A stretch of DNA of 64,000 bases. It comes from Callorhinchus milii. Its lineage: Eukaryota. Below the pieces are notes generated by a model. It was not told the origin of the DNA. It saw nothing but the letters and a program-made list of their open reading frames with translations, and made no database searches. Position 1 is the stretch's first letter. Each line of letters opens with the position of its first letter. This document shows, piece by piece, positions 24,771 to 38,039 of the stretch. The stretch lies in assembly GCF_018977255.1 (NCBI RefSeq), contig NW_024704743.1:76076001-76140000 (forward strand). Reading direction: 5' to 3'. The position numbers and the translations under genes are program-made.

Positions 24771-25419
24771 TTGAATGATTCTATGATATTCATGTTTAGT
24801 GAACCAGCACAGGACTAGAACCATAGAAATTTAAAGGAGGAAGCTAGAGCTTTATGATGGAAAGGGGAACAGAAATGAGTAAGGAATGGGCGAACATTTG
24901 TGTGACATATCACCACAAGCCCAGACGGTCAGGTTGGTCCGAGTGGCCTGTTTCCGTGCTGTACATTCTTTATAATGTAATCTACACCAGAGAAGAAGGC
25001 TATTCGACCTATTATGTCTGTGCTTGCTCTTCGAAAGAACAATCCTTCCAGTCTGATTTAGTTGCCTTTCTCCATACTCCTGCAGTTAAACCTTTTTTGA
25101 AATCTACCTAGTTCTCTTTTGAAAGCTAAATATGAGTTCTACCTCAACCACTACTCCTAGCAGACATTCCATAGTCTGTCTATCTTAAATTGATGTCCTC
25201 ATGTTGCTGACCAGTGGAAATAATTTCTCCCTATTATCAAAATCCCTCATAATTTTGACATGATAAGGTATCATAAGGAACCACCCTATCTTTGAATGTT
25301 AAGAGCATACTGAAAAAAATCACCTTTAAGCAAACATCAATACCAGGATTTATTTTTAGTTCACTTGTTTCCTCCTATCATCAGTGTGAAAGCTGTGTTC
25401 CTGTTTTTAACTCAAATTT

Positions 25420-25499
25420 TCATTTGACCACTTGTGCAGTGTTTCTTGCAAGACGCGCATCAAACATTCTTCAGTTTTGAATCAAAATTTATATCTGAG
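25420..25499 (+). other. Candidate non-coding upstream exon of GPR141 copy 1
   Basis: Consensus donor gag|gtaagt after 25499, 1.6 kb upstream of the coding-exon acceptor; 5' boundary is a guess. Confidence 0.3.
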
Positions 25500-25594
25500 G
25501 TAAGTCTGTTTTTTTAAAACCTTACTAATTCCAACAGTAAGTATACTCTTTAAGTATTGAAGCTATGTTTCTTTTCTTGAAAGGACTATGAATT

Positions 25595-25790
25595 AATGTC
25601 CAACTGAACAGGCAGACGGGACCTCAGTCTAACGTCTCATCTGAAGGATGGCAGCTCCAACAGTGCAACACACTCCTAGCACTGCATTGGAGTGTCAGCT
25701 TAGACTATGTGATTCCAAACCCGATGTGGGGCCTGAACCCATAACCTTCTGACTCAGAGGCGAGAGTACCTACTCAGCCAGGATGACACA
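25595..25790 (-). mobile_element. Deu-domain SINE 5' part
   Basis: Reverse complement of the tRNA-like head and Deu core. Confidence 0.7.
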
Positions 25791-27075
25791 TTGAAGAATC
25801 TTCCAAAATTCTGTATGATCTTTAATTTTGAGACAGGTTAAAGCAAGGTGGGATTTTTTGCCTATTAAGTCTAAATGGAGCCCAAGTTAATAGCTTGCAT
25901 GAATACTGATAAACTTAAGTAGAACTTGCAGCATAGCAGTGTGACTTTGAAAGCAATTATTTTGAGAATGAACCCTGTGTTATTTTAACAAGGTATGAAT
26001 CTTAGAGCTTGTGGTTTCTGATTCTCGTTGACGTAGAAAGCATCTAAATAGCAGAGACACCTCTCATTGACATGTAAACTATATTTTGCAGTGTTTTTTG
26101 ATCAGCTGGGTGTGTGATACATTTGGAAACTCATCACTGCTTAACAGTGTCAAAACCATACTGAGAGTTGCGCATATGTATATAACCTAGATATAGCAAT
26201 TACTCTGTATCTAGATGGGATTGCACACTCTCTGAACACAGAAGGGTGCACTCTGTTCCCAAAATTCCAGAGAGTATTAGGCACAGCTCTTTGATCGCCA
26301 AGGCTTGGGATCAAGTGTTTTGGGGTACCGTTGGAGTTTAACCAACTAAAACCACATAGCTTGCCATTAAGAGCACTGGCTGTCAAGCTTTCTTGCTGCT
26401 TTTCTTGCTAGGATCACACTACCAGTTAGGGCTTTGGCTTGCAAGGTTGACAGATGGGTTGCTGGGTGGGTTGAATCTTTGCACCAAATGACCAGTCTGT
26501 CCTTCCAAATACTGCTGATGAGCCAGGCTGGCTGGAAAGTCATCATCAGTGCCCTGGAATACAGTGGACCAGCTTGGCTCAGGAGCCAGGCTACTAAGAT
26601 TACAGAGGGATGACTTGATTCTGATATTCCGTTGCCAAGAATGTCACCCGGGTGCTAGCTGGGATCCAAGCAGACCCCGCTTGCCTTCACACCCACTCCC
26701 TCTTTTCTAGGAGGATAGTTACTGGATGATCTTTTGACATCCAACAAGTGCAGGTTTGTGCCCTCAGTAGATGGATAGAAAGTATCAGGAACTCCCTGAG
26801 AGCTTATTGGTAAGCAGCAGAGGTCAGATGAAATATATGATAGCTTTGCATTGCCACAATCCTGCCCACAGCTGACACACACCCCTCAGAATTGAGCAAA
26901 GAATCCACCAGTTGGGCGCTTCAGCAACAGTTGCTTATCTGTATGCAAAAATGTGGTTACCAAGCTCAGGAGCATTTACTAAATGTTTTGCAAAACAAAA
27001 CAAGCCTAAAGAATTTCCTCCTGCTAGCAGAACAGTCTAATATTTTGTTTTCAATTATTGTTTTCTTGCAGCAAA

Positions 27076-27978
27076 ATGGACAATTCAACAAAGAATGATA
27101 CTGAAAAAACACTGGTAACAACTATGGGCGATGATTCAAATTCCAATGGAACAAGTTGTGATTCGATTCAAGTTGGTTCTGAAGTAGTTTTAATAACACT
27201 CTACAGCATTGTGTTACTGGGAGGTACTGTGGGAGCCATCATCATGACGTGGAAAATGAAAAGTGTCCAAAAATCTGTAACGTCCACCGCCATGGTCAAC
27301 CTCATATTTATACACACGCTTTTTCTCTTAACTATACCATTCCGCATCTCCTATTATGCCCTTCATGAATGGAAGTTTGGCCCAATGTTTTGTAAACTGT
27401 CGAGTTCAATGATCCACGCTCACATGTACCTGGCCTTTGTGTTCTACGTGATCATCGTGGTGATCAGAATGATCAGCTTCTTTAAACAAAAGGAAACAGT
27501 GCAGTTTTACCAGCCATGGCATGCCAGTGCTGGCAGCCTGGTTATATGGTTTCTGGTGCTCTTGGGTGTTTTGCCACCATTTCTATTGCTTTATGGTAAA
27601 ACCTTTGATTATAAAGCAGAAAAGTGCTTCGAGTTCCAAGCTGAAATGGCTGACCCACTAGTGAAGGTTGTGAATTATTTTGTCGTGATCTCTGTATTAA
27701 TGATTATCGTTGCTTTACTCACCATCCAAGTGGGTATCATAATAAAACTCCTGGCCCAGCATGCAGTCCGTCAACAACAGCAATTTGGAGCGCAGATGAA
27801 GACTATTATTTTTATGCTAGTTATGATTGTGTGTTTCACTCCGTATCTCATGTTCAGACTGTATTATATAAACAAAGCTGCAAATGAGAAATGCTTGCAT
27901 ATCGTCAACGAATGCTTTTTAGCTCTGACTGCAATGAGTTGTTTTGATGTGCTTACTTTTCTGATACCTGCTCATTGA
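27076..27978 (+). CDS. GPR141: GPR141-like class A GPCR, copy 1 (300 aa)
   Basis: Seven hydrophobic segments. LYSIVLLGG, SVTSTAMVNL, FLLTIPFRI, FCKL..MIHAHMYL, FYQPWHA, AQMK and NECFLALTAMSCFD match GPR141 as I recall it. Acceptor ttttcttgcag| lies 4 nt before ATG 27076. Confidence 0.9.
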   Translation: MDNSTKNDTEKTLVTTMGDDSNSNGTSCDSIQVGSEVVLITLYSIVLLGGTVGAIIMTWKMKSVQKSVTSTAMVNLIFIHTLFLLTIPFRISYYALHEWKFGPMFCKLSSSMIHAHMYLAFVFYVIIVVIRMISFFKQKETVQFYQPWHASAGSLVIWFLVLLGVLPPFLLLYGKTFDYKAEKCFEFQAEMADPLVKVVNYFVVISVLMIIVALLTIQVGIIIKLLAQHAVRQQQQFGAQMKTIIFMLVMIVCFTPYLMFRLYYINKAANEKCLHIVNECFLALTAMSCFDVLTFLIPAH

Positions 27979-30900
27979 AAACTTACAATGGCCACTTCGG
28001 ATTTGGCTAAATGTCATCAATTCACACACAATGAGCTGATGACATGTAGAAAAATAGTGCTGTAAATATTGACGGATACTTCTTTGCTTTCCCTCATACC
28101 TCCCTACCTATCCAATCTGCTTACCCCCCACAAGTCACCACCTGCTGCCTCCACTCGGCTGGCTCCATCCTCCTAATTTTCCCTCATGCCGTCCGCTCCA
28201 TCATCATTGGTCGTGCCTTCAGCCACTACGACCTGAAACTCTGGAATTCTCTCCCTCCCCACCTTCAAATCCCGACTAAAGACTTTTCTTTTTGATTGTG
28301 CTTACAGTCATCTCCCTCTTCCCTTGGCTTGTTGTCAGATTCCGCCACTGTGCAGCAATCCAGGACTCTACCCCATGTGAAGGCCTCTATATAAATGCAA
28401 GTTGTTGTTGTTGCTTAAGGGGTGGGAAATTAGGGCATGTGAACTGGTGCTTAAATCTGGGGCCAGAACACCAGAGGGAAAGGTTCAATAGAAGGTTCAT
28501 GTCCGAAACATTAACCTGTCTTTATCTTTTAGATGATAACCATTTAAATCAACCTGCAGTGCATTTTAAGCATTTTCAGCTTTACATTAAATTGTATGGC
28601 ATAAGCTAGTATTTGCCATCTTGCCACTTATTTTTGTATAATGTAGTCTAAATGCAAATTATCTAATGGGGGTCTATGATATGGAATCCCAGTCATACAA
28701 ATGGGGATTCCTTCTGGTCACCCTGCCCCATCGGAAATCTGCTCTTAGGAGATCCACTTCTGCAGGATGATTAGCAGGATGTGAATCAGGATCCTTTGGG
28801 GGGATTCTTCCCACTCAGTGACTATTAATCTGCAAGCTGAAGCCTCAAAAACTATTGGACAGAGAGGGTTGGGTTTGATCCTTGCTGGACAAGCAACAGG
28901 AATCTTGCCAGTGTTTCTAATGGCCACCTGCACAATTTTAGCTGCTTGAATTCCAACAATACCCCAAATACCCCTTAACCTTGGCCTCTAGCCAACCTGT
29001 AATAAACTCTCTCAGATTAGGTAAACAGGATGCATCTGCATTTCTCCCTGGAGTGAGTGCACACTGCATATCAGTTAAATAGAAATTATTGTACATATAT
29101 AGAACTCTCAGCCGTTTTGATATTCTTAGCATAGTAATGGGTTTTCCCAGTGTATCAGACACCCCGCTGATCAAAAAAAGTAACAAGGTTCCTTATTTTT
29201 AAAAAATTATTTAAAGCCTTGCATTTTAGAGTCCATACTTTATTGGATCTAAGATGATACAGGCTAAAATAAATCACTGAAGTGGTTCACCGAAGGTTCT
29301 CGGAAAGTTTTGTGCTCAGTGTGATTCACTAAGTAATATAGCAGCAAGAAGAGAAAGAAAAGGGTAGAAAGCCAACGGGGGTAGTGCTGTTCAGGTACCA
29401 TCAATTCAGAAGTGCTCTTTCCCACCAGGCTTTCTAAACTAGAAGAAAACCATTAAAGCCAGAGAAACCAGTAGTTAGTCCTTTATGTGTGCATTTGAGC
29501 AGAAACTGGATGAATTGCCCCATATCCCTACTCCACTGTGAGCACCATGTCGCAGCTCTCCTTGTTGCTCAGAAGTTGCTAGTATTGCACCAGATTAGAC
29601 CACAGTGACAAAGAACAAACATGAGTTAAGCAAATGTTAAAATATGCATTAAGTTAAGACTGAATGTAAAAAAATTCCACAGTTCTGTACAAAATTAAAT
29701 TGTAAAACAAAATGGTTTTACAGCCTAATTTTATCATTGTTAGCTGTTTATTTTTTTGCAAGTTTTCTTGAAATTGACAGTGGGAACTAAGTTTTGATAT
29801 TTGCAAGCTAGATACAATGGGACAATTAGGACTTCTGATTTGCAAATATCGAATTGCAAATCCAAAAAGTCAGCGAAGTTCAAATAAAACCCAATAAAAC
29901 TGTTTTTGAATGCTGCCTGCTTTTTATAGAATCATAGAATTATACAGCACAGAAGGATGCCATTCTGCCTATCGTGTCTGTGCATGGTGTCTTTTGGGAA
30001 TTTACTGTTTCGCCATCTCAAAATTTGGAATTCACAAACCATAAATTGCAATTAGAGTTTGGAAATATAGCAAGATCGGCCCCGATATTAACCTTTCTGC
30101 AATCCTCCTTAAGCCTGCAACTCTTAAGACTGCAACTCTGTAGCTGATGAATGTGTGAACTGTGGTGCAAAGACAAGAAACTCACATACCAATGGCAGGC
30201 ATATCATTCTCTGTGACACTGGGGCCATGAGGAAACTCTAAATGCCACAACTTAACTAGTCATCAGGAACAAGTTGATTACTGATAGGAAAAGCTAGAAA
30301 AAGAGTAGGTAGTTTTTGCACTAGTGAAAATAGTCAAAATGTTATTTGGACATCACTTGCTATTTTGTACAGCATACACTCATTTAAATACTGCTAAGGA
30401 AACTGCCTGTTTTGCCTGTTCAGTCCCAAACTATAATCATGCTGACATGTGCAACAAGCTGTTTGCTTTTCTGGCTAGCTTACTTCCAGAGTTACTGTGA
30501 AATGTATTTTAAAAAGTGCAGCTTTTTAGAATGCGGTAGGAACTGTCAGCAAGTGCCAACACATTCAATGTGCCTTTCCTGTTTTTAACATTGGTCATTT
30601 TTTAGGTTGAAGCTGACGTATTGCACAGGAAACGGGGGAGGGGAAGAGTAACAACTCCCCATGAAAAGGGAAGAATTAACAGTTTTAAAACAGTAAAAAT
30701 AACTAATTTGCATGTTGTTAATACCATATATATTTAATTATAATCTCCATTGGAATTAAGAATACATTGGTTTTACATCTATATCAATGGCTATTATTCT
30801 TTCAATTTTTTTGAAGTTCTTGATTAAACCGTGATGTATTCATTTCCATTTGTGTGTGGATTTTTTTTATTTGAAATCCCTTTAAAATGTAGATCTTCAT

Positions 30901-33900
30901 CTTATTGGATCACTTTGTATAACAGTAAATCACTTTAGAACTCAACAATGCTTGTATAATGCACTTGTACAATAGTGCATTGTAATGATAGTTGTCTGTA
31001 AATCTCAGAATTTCTATAAAGTGTATGTATATTAATCCTTGCATTTGATATAGTGCCTTATCGCGTCTTCGAGACGTATCAAAGATTGAGTGACCAAATG
31101 ATTAGTATTTTTTTTAAGGGATTATTACCCCCGATCAGCCAATCGACGAACAACTGGGTTCCTACTTACTGCTAGGTAAACAGAGGCTTTGGAGTAAGGA
31201 AACTTGCCTAAGGTTTTACCGTGCCCAGGAATCAAAACCAGATCCTCTCGCTTGCAAGGCAAGTGCTACAGGACTCCACACTGTTACTATCACAGGCAAT
31301 CATTTTATGCACTTTATAATAGGAAATACCAATATAAATAAATATAAAATTGATCACTCACTCAAAGTGATCAATTAGTGTGACCATCAGCACGAGTTAG
31401 AACCCACCAACTAGACGTTTTACTCAACCTATATAGTGCTCTGGGCAGGCAATACCTAGAATAGTCGGGACTTGAACTTACATAATTTAAGATGACACTC
31501 CAATGCATTGCTGTCATTCGGATGAGACGTTAAACCGAGGTCACGTCTGCCGGTTCAGGTGGAAGTTATGGATCTCAAAAAGAGAAAGGAGTTTCTCCCA
31601 GTGCCCTGGTCAACAATTCCCAAATAAAATTGATCACTCACTCAATGACTGTTTGTGAGATATTTCTGTGTGCAATTGTGCTGCTGCATTTGCCTACAAA
31701 TACACAGTCATTCCATTTCACAGTAATTTCTATGAAGAACTTTGAAACATCCTTCTGACGTGAGAAGGTGCTATACCAAATGCAAGGATGCTGATAATGA
31801 TTACTATTATTATTTTATACACTGCTGGTTCACATAACATAAGGACAGTACAGAGGAGAGCAAGAATGCAAGAATGATCCCCAATGTTAAAGGACTGAGA
31901 ACATAAGAACATAAGAATTAGGAGCAGGAGTAGGCCATTCGGCCCCTCGAGACTGCCCCGCCATTCAATAAGATCATGGCTGATCTATTCTAACTCTACC
32001 TACCCGCTTATCCCCCTACCCCTTAATCTACAATACATGAGCCATGACAAGCTGGGCCTCCTCAGTTTTGAAAAGAAAAAGCGCAGAGAGGACATTATAG
32101 AAATAATAATATAATAGATAAATAATAATAGAAAAAGTAAAAGTGAAACTAGAAATAAAAATGGAATTGAGAAAGTAAACCCATTACAATATTTCAGATG
32201 CACCAATGCAGCAGAACAAGAGGGTAAAGGTTTAGAGTTGCAGAGAGCAATATCAGGATGTATACCAAGTATTTCTTTACCTAGATGATAACTAACAACT
32301 GGAAAGGTTACTAGGAAGGGCGGTTGAGGCCAGGACATAGATTTCAAGTACTTATAATTGTACATTGTCACAATTGCTATAATTAGCAGCACACAGAAAA
32401 TCTCAACCGAAATTCAAAGTAATAATAATTCTTGCATTTGATACCAATTTTATTTGGAAATTCTTTTGTCCAGGAGATTGGAAGAAATTATTTTCTCTTT
32501 TCCAATAGTGCCAATGGGATCTTTAACGTCCACCTGAACCTTAATTTGAATAACATCTTATCTGAAGGATGGTACTTCTCTACACTGTGTGAAGGGCGCT
32601 CTATAATGCAAGCTGTTATTATTGGCACCACCTAACAATTCTGCACTCCTCCATCAGTGGAGGGGTGGTAGCCTAGTCCATGAGCTCAAAGTCCCAACAC
32701 GGAGCTTGAATCGCAACTCTCAACCTGACGTAGTGGCAAGCATGCTACCAACCTGAGTTAACTTGATACCTTTGATTGTGGGATATTGTACAGGTATTAA
32801 TAGTCCTTATATTTGATATAACATCTTTGAAATAAGGAGGATGTCTCAAAGATCTTAACAGGATTTACTGTAAAGTGTTTAGTGTAAAGTGTTGTAGGCC
32901 AAAACTGAAGCCAATTTGCACACAGCAATATCCGACAAACAGCAATAACATGAATTACCTATTTTATTTGAGGGTTGTTGGTCAGGCGATAAAACGCACT
33001 TCCCTTATAATTTATACCTTAAGTTAAAGTAACTTGGCAAGTTAGCCGCTATTACTTCACATGCATCAGGAAAGTCCCTTTACGTATAATACTAGAAATG
33101 AGCAAAGAAGTTGTGGTGGTGGTTTGTAAAGTAGTTCTGTTCTCACAGGAATCCTGAAATGGTGTGCAAGTTAACATTAAAATAATCATCTTTGAACTTT
33201 TCCCTGCAGCTCACTGCTTGTCTGAGCGAAACTGAGGCAATAAGTTTAAAACCAGATGATCCACCATGTTTTTTTTACTTCTTCAGTACAGAAAGCTAAA
33301 AGGAGACCGAGTTGACAACTTACAAAAAATTTTGAGGACATAATTGTTTCCTCAGCAGGAAGCTGTCTGCTTAGCTGTCTACTTACATGATAAGTGTTTG
33401 GGGGTGGGCAGTAGATGGTGATACTGGTTTCAATCGTTGTGCTGTTCGAACTCCCTCACCTGGACGACAATGTCTGTACTGTTCTAAGCTGAGGAGTTCT
33501 ACTAATAATGTCACCTTACAGAGCACCAAAGGTTGTGAGAAAATCATAGCACCAAAAAACGACTTGAAGATTACCTAATGATCTTTCGTCAGGACACTGA
33601 AATCATATAGTCAAAGCCCTCGGACTAATGCACAACTCAAATTTATATAATTTTCACTTATTAAAACTGCACATTAAAAGTCCTCAGCTATAAAGTTTTA
33701 CTCCCAAGAACATTTTTAACCGGCACTGATGTGCTTCATTTTGTACTGTCACGCTCAAGGAAGTAAGCCAAAAATAGCCTGGTGCCCGAAGGATTTCATG
33801 ATTAGTCTTGTATATAATTTATTGATAAAAGTGTATTATTGTTTTAAATTTGTAAAAAAATTTACATTGCCTATTTAAAGTTTGCATTGTAACTAAAATA

Positions 33901-35808
33901 TAGTGGAATTAAGTAATACAGTTATACAATTTAAAACAGGATTTCTATATGATTCCTACAGGTTATGTTTCTAGAACGGAAACACAAAAATATTGTTTAT
34001 CTGTCCAGTCTCAAATACGACATCTGGCCCTCAGCAGCTAAAAGGTTGGACCACCCTGCTGTATATCCTGTGAAGCGCTTTGGGATGTTCTCCTGACAAG
34101 AAAGGTGCTATAAGAAATGGAAGGATTATTACTATGAAGTTGAAGATTTCATGGCACTGTTCAAAAAGAAAAGCTTTTCCCAGTGTCCTGGCCAACAATC
34201 CTCTAAATAAAATAAATTGTTTGCCCACAAAATACACACAAACACAATACTTTTCAGTAACAACAACAAGAACTTGGATTTATATAGCGCCCTCCACGCC
34301 GGACGGCATCTCAGAGCTCTTAAAGGACATCTTGGGGGATTGATGGCTTGGACACTGTGAAACATGAAGTGAGAAAACATAAATCAAATAGCTTTCTTCA
34401 TCCGAACCTCTGTGGTAATTTTTTTTCTAATGAATGTGTCAATATGGTAATTCTGATGTGATCCAAAAGCAAACGTATTGTCACAATTTCCTCTTGCAAA
34501 ATTAGGAAGTACTGATCTAGTGCCTAGAGAATGTTTTAGTGTACTCAAAACAAAATCAGAAGTTCAGATTACTTCCATCCTTTACAGTACAAATGGTAAG
34601 ACGCTGGACCATTCTTCTGCTTTCATACATTTAGAATCTACAATAAAGATTGATATTGCTTTGAACACAGTAATCTTTTTTAAAAAGAAAGATAACATGG
34701 AACACATCACTGCTGCTTGGAGATGACTGCAGGTTAGTTGTATTTTATTTCTTGGTTATCAGTTGCTCTGTGGTTAATCATTCTGATTCCAAGATTCAGA
34801 GTTCAGTTTTGTTACCTCCTGCACACATATAGTATGTAACCTCTTTCTTTTTGATGACTGAGCTCAGGTATGCTTTGAATTTGTTGTTTGCTTTTAGCTT
34901 TATAGAATTGCCAGTTTCCAGGGTGTGTGATTCATCCTGGAGCCCCCAGCTCTCTCCCCTTCCCTTACTTATTTAACGACCCGTGTCCAGACCTTCCTCT
35001 TAGATCATGCCTTCAGTCATCTTCCCACCCCCACCCTCTGTGCTCTCCACCTTCCTGATCCCAGTACCCAGCTCAGGTGCAAATCCTTCACTGTACAGAA
35101 ATGCAAAAGGGAAAATCAATATGGCAATTGGAACCTAACTCCAGAAATACACTGAGTGACATTCCCTCATTCGAGACATATATTTCTTAATTTGAAGCAA
35201 AATAATAGTTCAAATTAGCTCATCATCAATCTACAATATGTTTTACATCTTTGAAATGTACTGGAGTTTGACAATTACCTTATTTAAAAACTATTCTTTT
35301 CCTGAAGGTTTGGCAGACATTAACCATATCAGCTTATTTTCAATCTACAGTATATACAGAATCTGCAATTTATTTCACTTTTTTGAAAGTTAGTAACTCT
35401 TTACAGATCTCTTAATTAAGAAATTTCTTTTAAAAACGCTGCAAAAAAAAAGCTCACTTGGTAACACACTCATCTCTTAATTAGAAGGTTGTGGATTCAG
35501 GCCAAATGTCAGACTTTAAATTCACTTTCTAGGTTGACACTCCAGAGTAGGACTGTCTGAGCTGTAGAGATATGATGCCGTTCTTTGGACGAGATTTTAA
35601 ACTACAGTCCCGTTTGCCTGTTCAGGTTAAATATCCCATGGCACTTCTGGAAAACAGAAGTGAGTTTCTCCCAGTGTCCTAGTCAACATTTGCCCCATAT
35701 AATATTAGTCATTAAATGTTTCTTCGAAATGTTCTGGACCTTGACAATGACCTTTTTAATACTATTCCTTTCCTGAAGGTTTTGTGGCAGTTCGTGACCA
35801 TTTCAACA

Positions 35809-36708
35809 ATGAATAATACCAAAGCACCTTTCAGCAGTAATTGCACTTCCAATGGATCAGTTACTCAATGGAACACAACCTGTGATCTGAATGGAACTGG
35901 TTACAGACCAGCATTAATAACATTCTACAGCATCGTGTTAGTAGGAGGTACTATAGGAGCCATCGTCATAACATGGAAAATAAAAAATTACCGAAAATCT
36001 GTGACGTCCACTGCCATGGTCAACCTCATATTTATACACGTGATTTTTCTCGTAACTGTGCCATTCCGCATCTCCTATTATGGCCTTGGTGAATGGAAGT
36101 TTGGCTTAATCTTTTGTAAACTGGTGGATGCAACGATCCACGCTCATATGTACCTGTCCTTTGTGTTCTACGTGATCATTGTGGTGATCAGAATGATCAG
36201 CTTTTTTAACGAAAAGAAAACAGTGCAGTTTTACCAGCCATGGCACGCCAGTGCAGTTAGCCTGGTTATATGGTTCCTGGTGCTCATGGGCGTTTTCTCA
36301 TCATTTCAATCAAATTACGATAATTCAACACAAAATAATACAACAAGGTGCTTTCTGGTGCACAATAACCCTTACAAAGCACATAACAAGATCCAAAATT
36401 ATCTTTGTGTTATTGTGGTGTTAGGAGTATTTGGTGTTTTACTTGTCATCCAGACGGGTGTGCTGATAAAATTGACAATCCAACATCAAGGTACTCTACG
36501 TAAACAACATCAGTTTGGAGCTCAGATGAAGACATTGTTCTTTGTGCTGATTATGATATGGTTTGTTCCATTTCTTGGATTCAGGATACTTTACATAAAC
36601 CAAATTAAATGTTGTTCATCAGTTTTACATGTCATAAATGAAGTCTTTCTAGCATTGAGTGCATTGTGCTGTTTTGATGCACTTGTACTCCTTGTGGCTT
36701 CTCATTGA
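35809..36708 (+). CDS. GPR141: GPR141-like class A GPCR, copy 2 (299 aa)
   Basis: Paralogue of copy 1 with the same motifs. The N-glycosylation-rich N-terminus (MNNTK..NCTSNGS..NTTC..NGT) follows an acceptor-like tract, so the start is placed at ATG 35809. Confidence 0.88.
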   Translation: MNNTKAPFSSNCTSNGSVTQWNTTCDLNGTGYRPALITFYSIVLVGGTIGAIVITWKIKNYRKSVTSTAMVNLIFIHVIFLVTVPFRISYYGLGEWKFGLIFCKLVDATIHAHMYLSFVFYVIIVVIRMISFFNEKKTVQFYQPWHASAVSLVIWFLVLMGVFSSFQSNYDNSTQNNTTRCFLVHNNPYKAHNKIQNYLCVIVVLGVFGVLLVIQTGVLIKLTIQHQGTLRKQHQFGAQMKTLFFVLIMIWFVPFLGFRILYINQIKCCSSVLHVINEVFLALSALCCFDALVLLVASH

Positions 36709-36834
36709 AAACTTACAATAGAATTTCAATCACCAGCAAGTGCCATTTCTTAATGTAGCATTGATGAACTGATAACTAGAAAAATAACAGTCCTGTGAAG
36801 TGGAATATTGGTTTCAGTAAAGGCTGTGAATGTT

Positions 36835-37083
36835 GATAATAATGATAATTATAATAATCCTTGCATTTGATATAGTGCTTTTCATGTCTTCTAGACGTCT
36901 CAAAGTGCTTCACAGAATATACTGTAAAGTGAATTGACGATATATTTGTGGGCAAAACATGGCAGCCAATTGCGCACAGCAGTGTCCCACAAACAGTCAT
37001 GGATTGAAGTGACCAATTTATTATTGGGTTTTTTTCTCGAGGGATTATTATCAGGTGTGTGGAGTAAGGAAACTTGCCCAAGG
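36835..37083 (-). mobile_element. tRNA-derived SINE, head truncated
   Basis: Body and tail of the same family. Confidence 0.8.
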
Positions 37084-37099
37084 ACCCCCCACCCCCCCC

Positions 37100-37710
37100 A
37101 TGGACACTTTATCACCTCAAGGCTGGACTATGGGAACTCTCTCCTCGCCGGCCTTCCCGGCACCTCCCTCCACAAGCTGCAGGTCATTCAGAACTCTGCA
37201 GCTCGTGTACTGTCCCGCACCAGGACCACATCACTCCCACCCTCGTTCGCCTCCACTGGCTCCCCATCCCCCAGAGGATCGAATTCAAGATCCTCACCCT
37301 CACCTACAAGGCCATTCACGGCCTCGCTCCCTCCTACCTACTATCCCCCTACCTACCCGCCCGTACCCTCCGTTCCTCTGGCTCCGGTCTGCTCCACATC
37401 CCCCGCCCCAACCGCCCTAGTAGTGGTGGCCGGGCCTTCAGCCTCTCAGCCCCTAGGCTCTGGAACTCTATCCCCCAGTGCCTTCGCCGCCTCCTCCCTT
37501 TCCTCCTTCAAGGCCGATCTCAAGACCTTTCTCTTTGACCGTGCCTTCAGCTCCCCTCTCGACTCTCTACCCCCTCCTCGCCCCCTCCCTTCCCTCCCCT
37601 CACCCTGACCATTTCCCCCCTGCTCCGGTCCTGACCCAACTGTACAGCGCCTTGGGACGTCCTCCCGACGTGAAAGGCGCTCAATAAATGGAATCTTGTT
37701 GTTGTTGATG
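37100..37710 (+). mobile_element. Young L2 3' end
   Basis: FITSRLDYGNSLLAGLP..HWLPIPQRIEFKIL and (GTT)n tail; near-identical to 57077-57780. Confidence 0.9.
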
Positions 37711-38039
37711 TTTTACTTGGAGCGATGGACAATACTAGTCAATCAAAACTAGGGCATAAGGTTTCTCCCACTAGTTTAATCCATTTTCATACAAGTGGAC
37801 ACCAAACTGGTATGGCGTGTTTTTTCATTGGTTTGCTTTAAAGTAAAAGCTTGTAATACTTGTCGTGTCACTGGTGAATAGCTTAGTGCACACCCTCAAT
37901 ATATAGTCAATCTGTGTGGGCAATGACTGTTCCATAGTGGGACGAAGGAGACAGAGAGATAGTTCATTCGCTAGTTTATTCAAAATAAAGGTTTTGAATT
38001 GAATTGATGCGTAAATGTGCCTTCATTAGATGTTACACC

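Noticed and set aside
35716..35808. 31-aa N-terminal extension of GPR141 copy 2 in the ORF track
   Set aside because: It runs through an acceptor-like, locally duplicated tract and has no counterpart in copy 1
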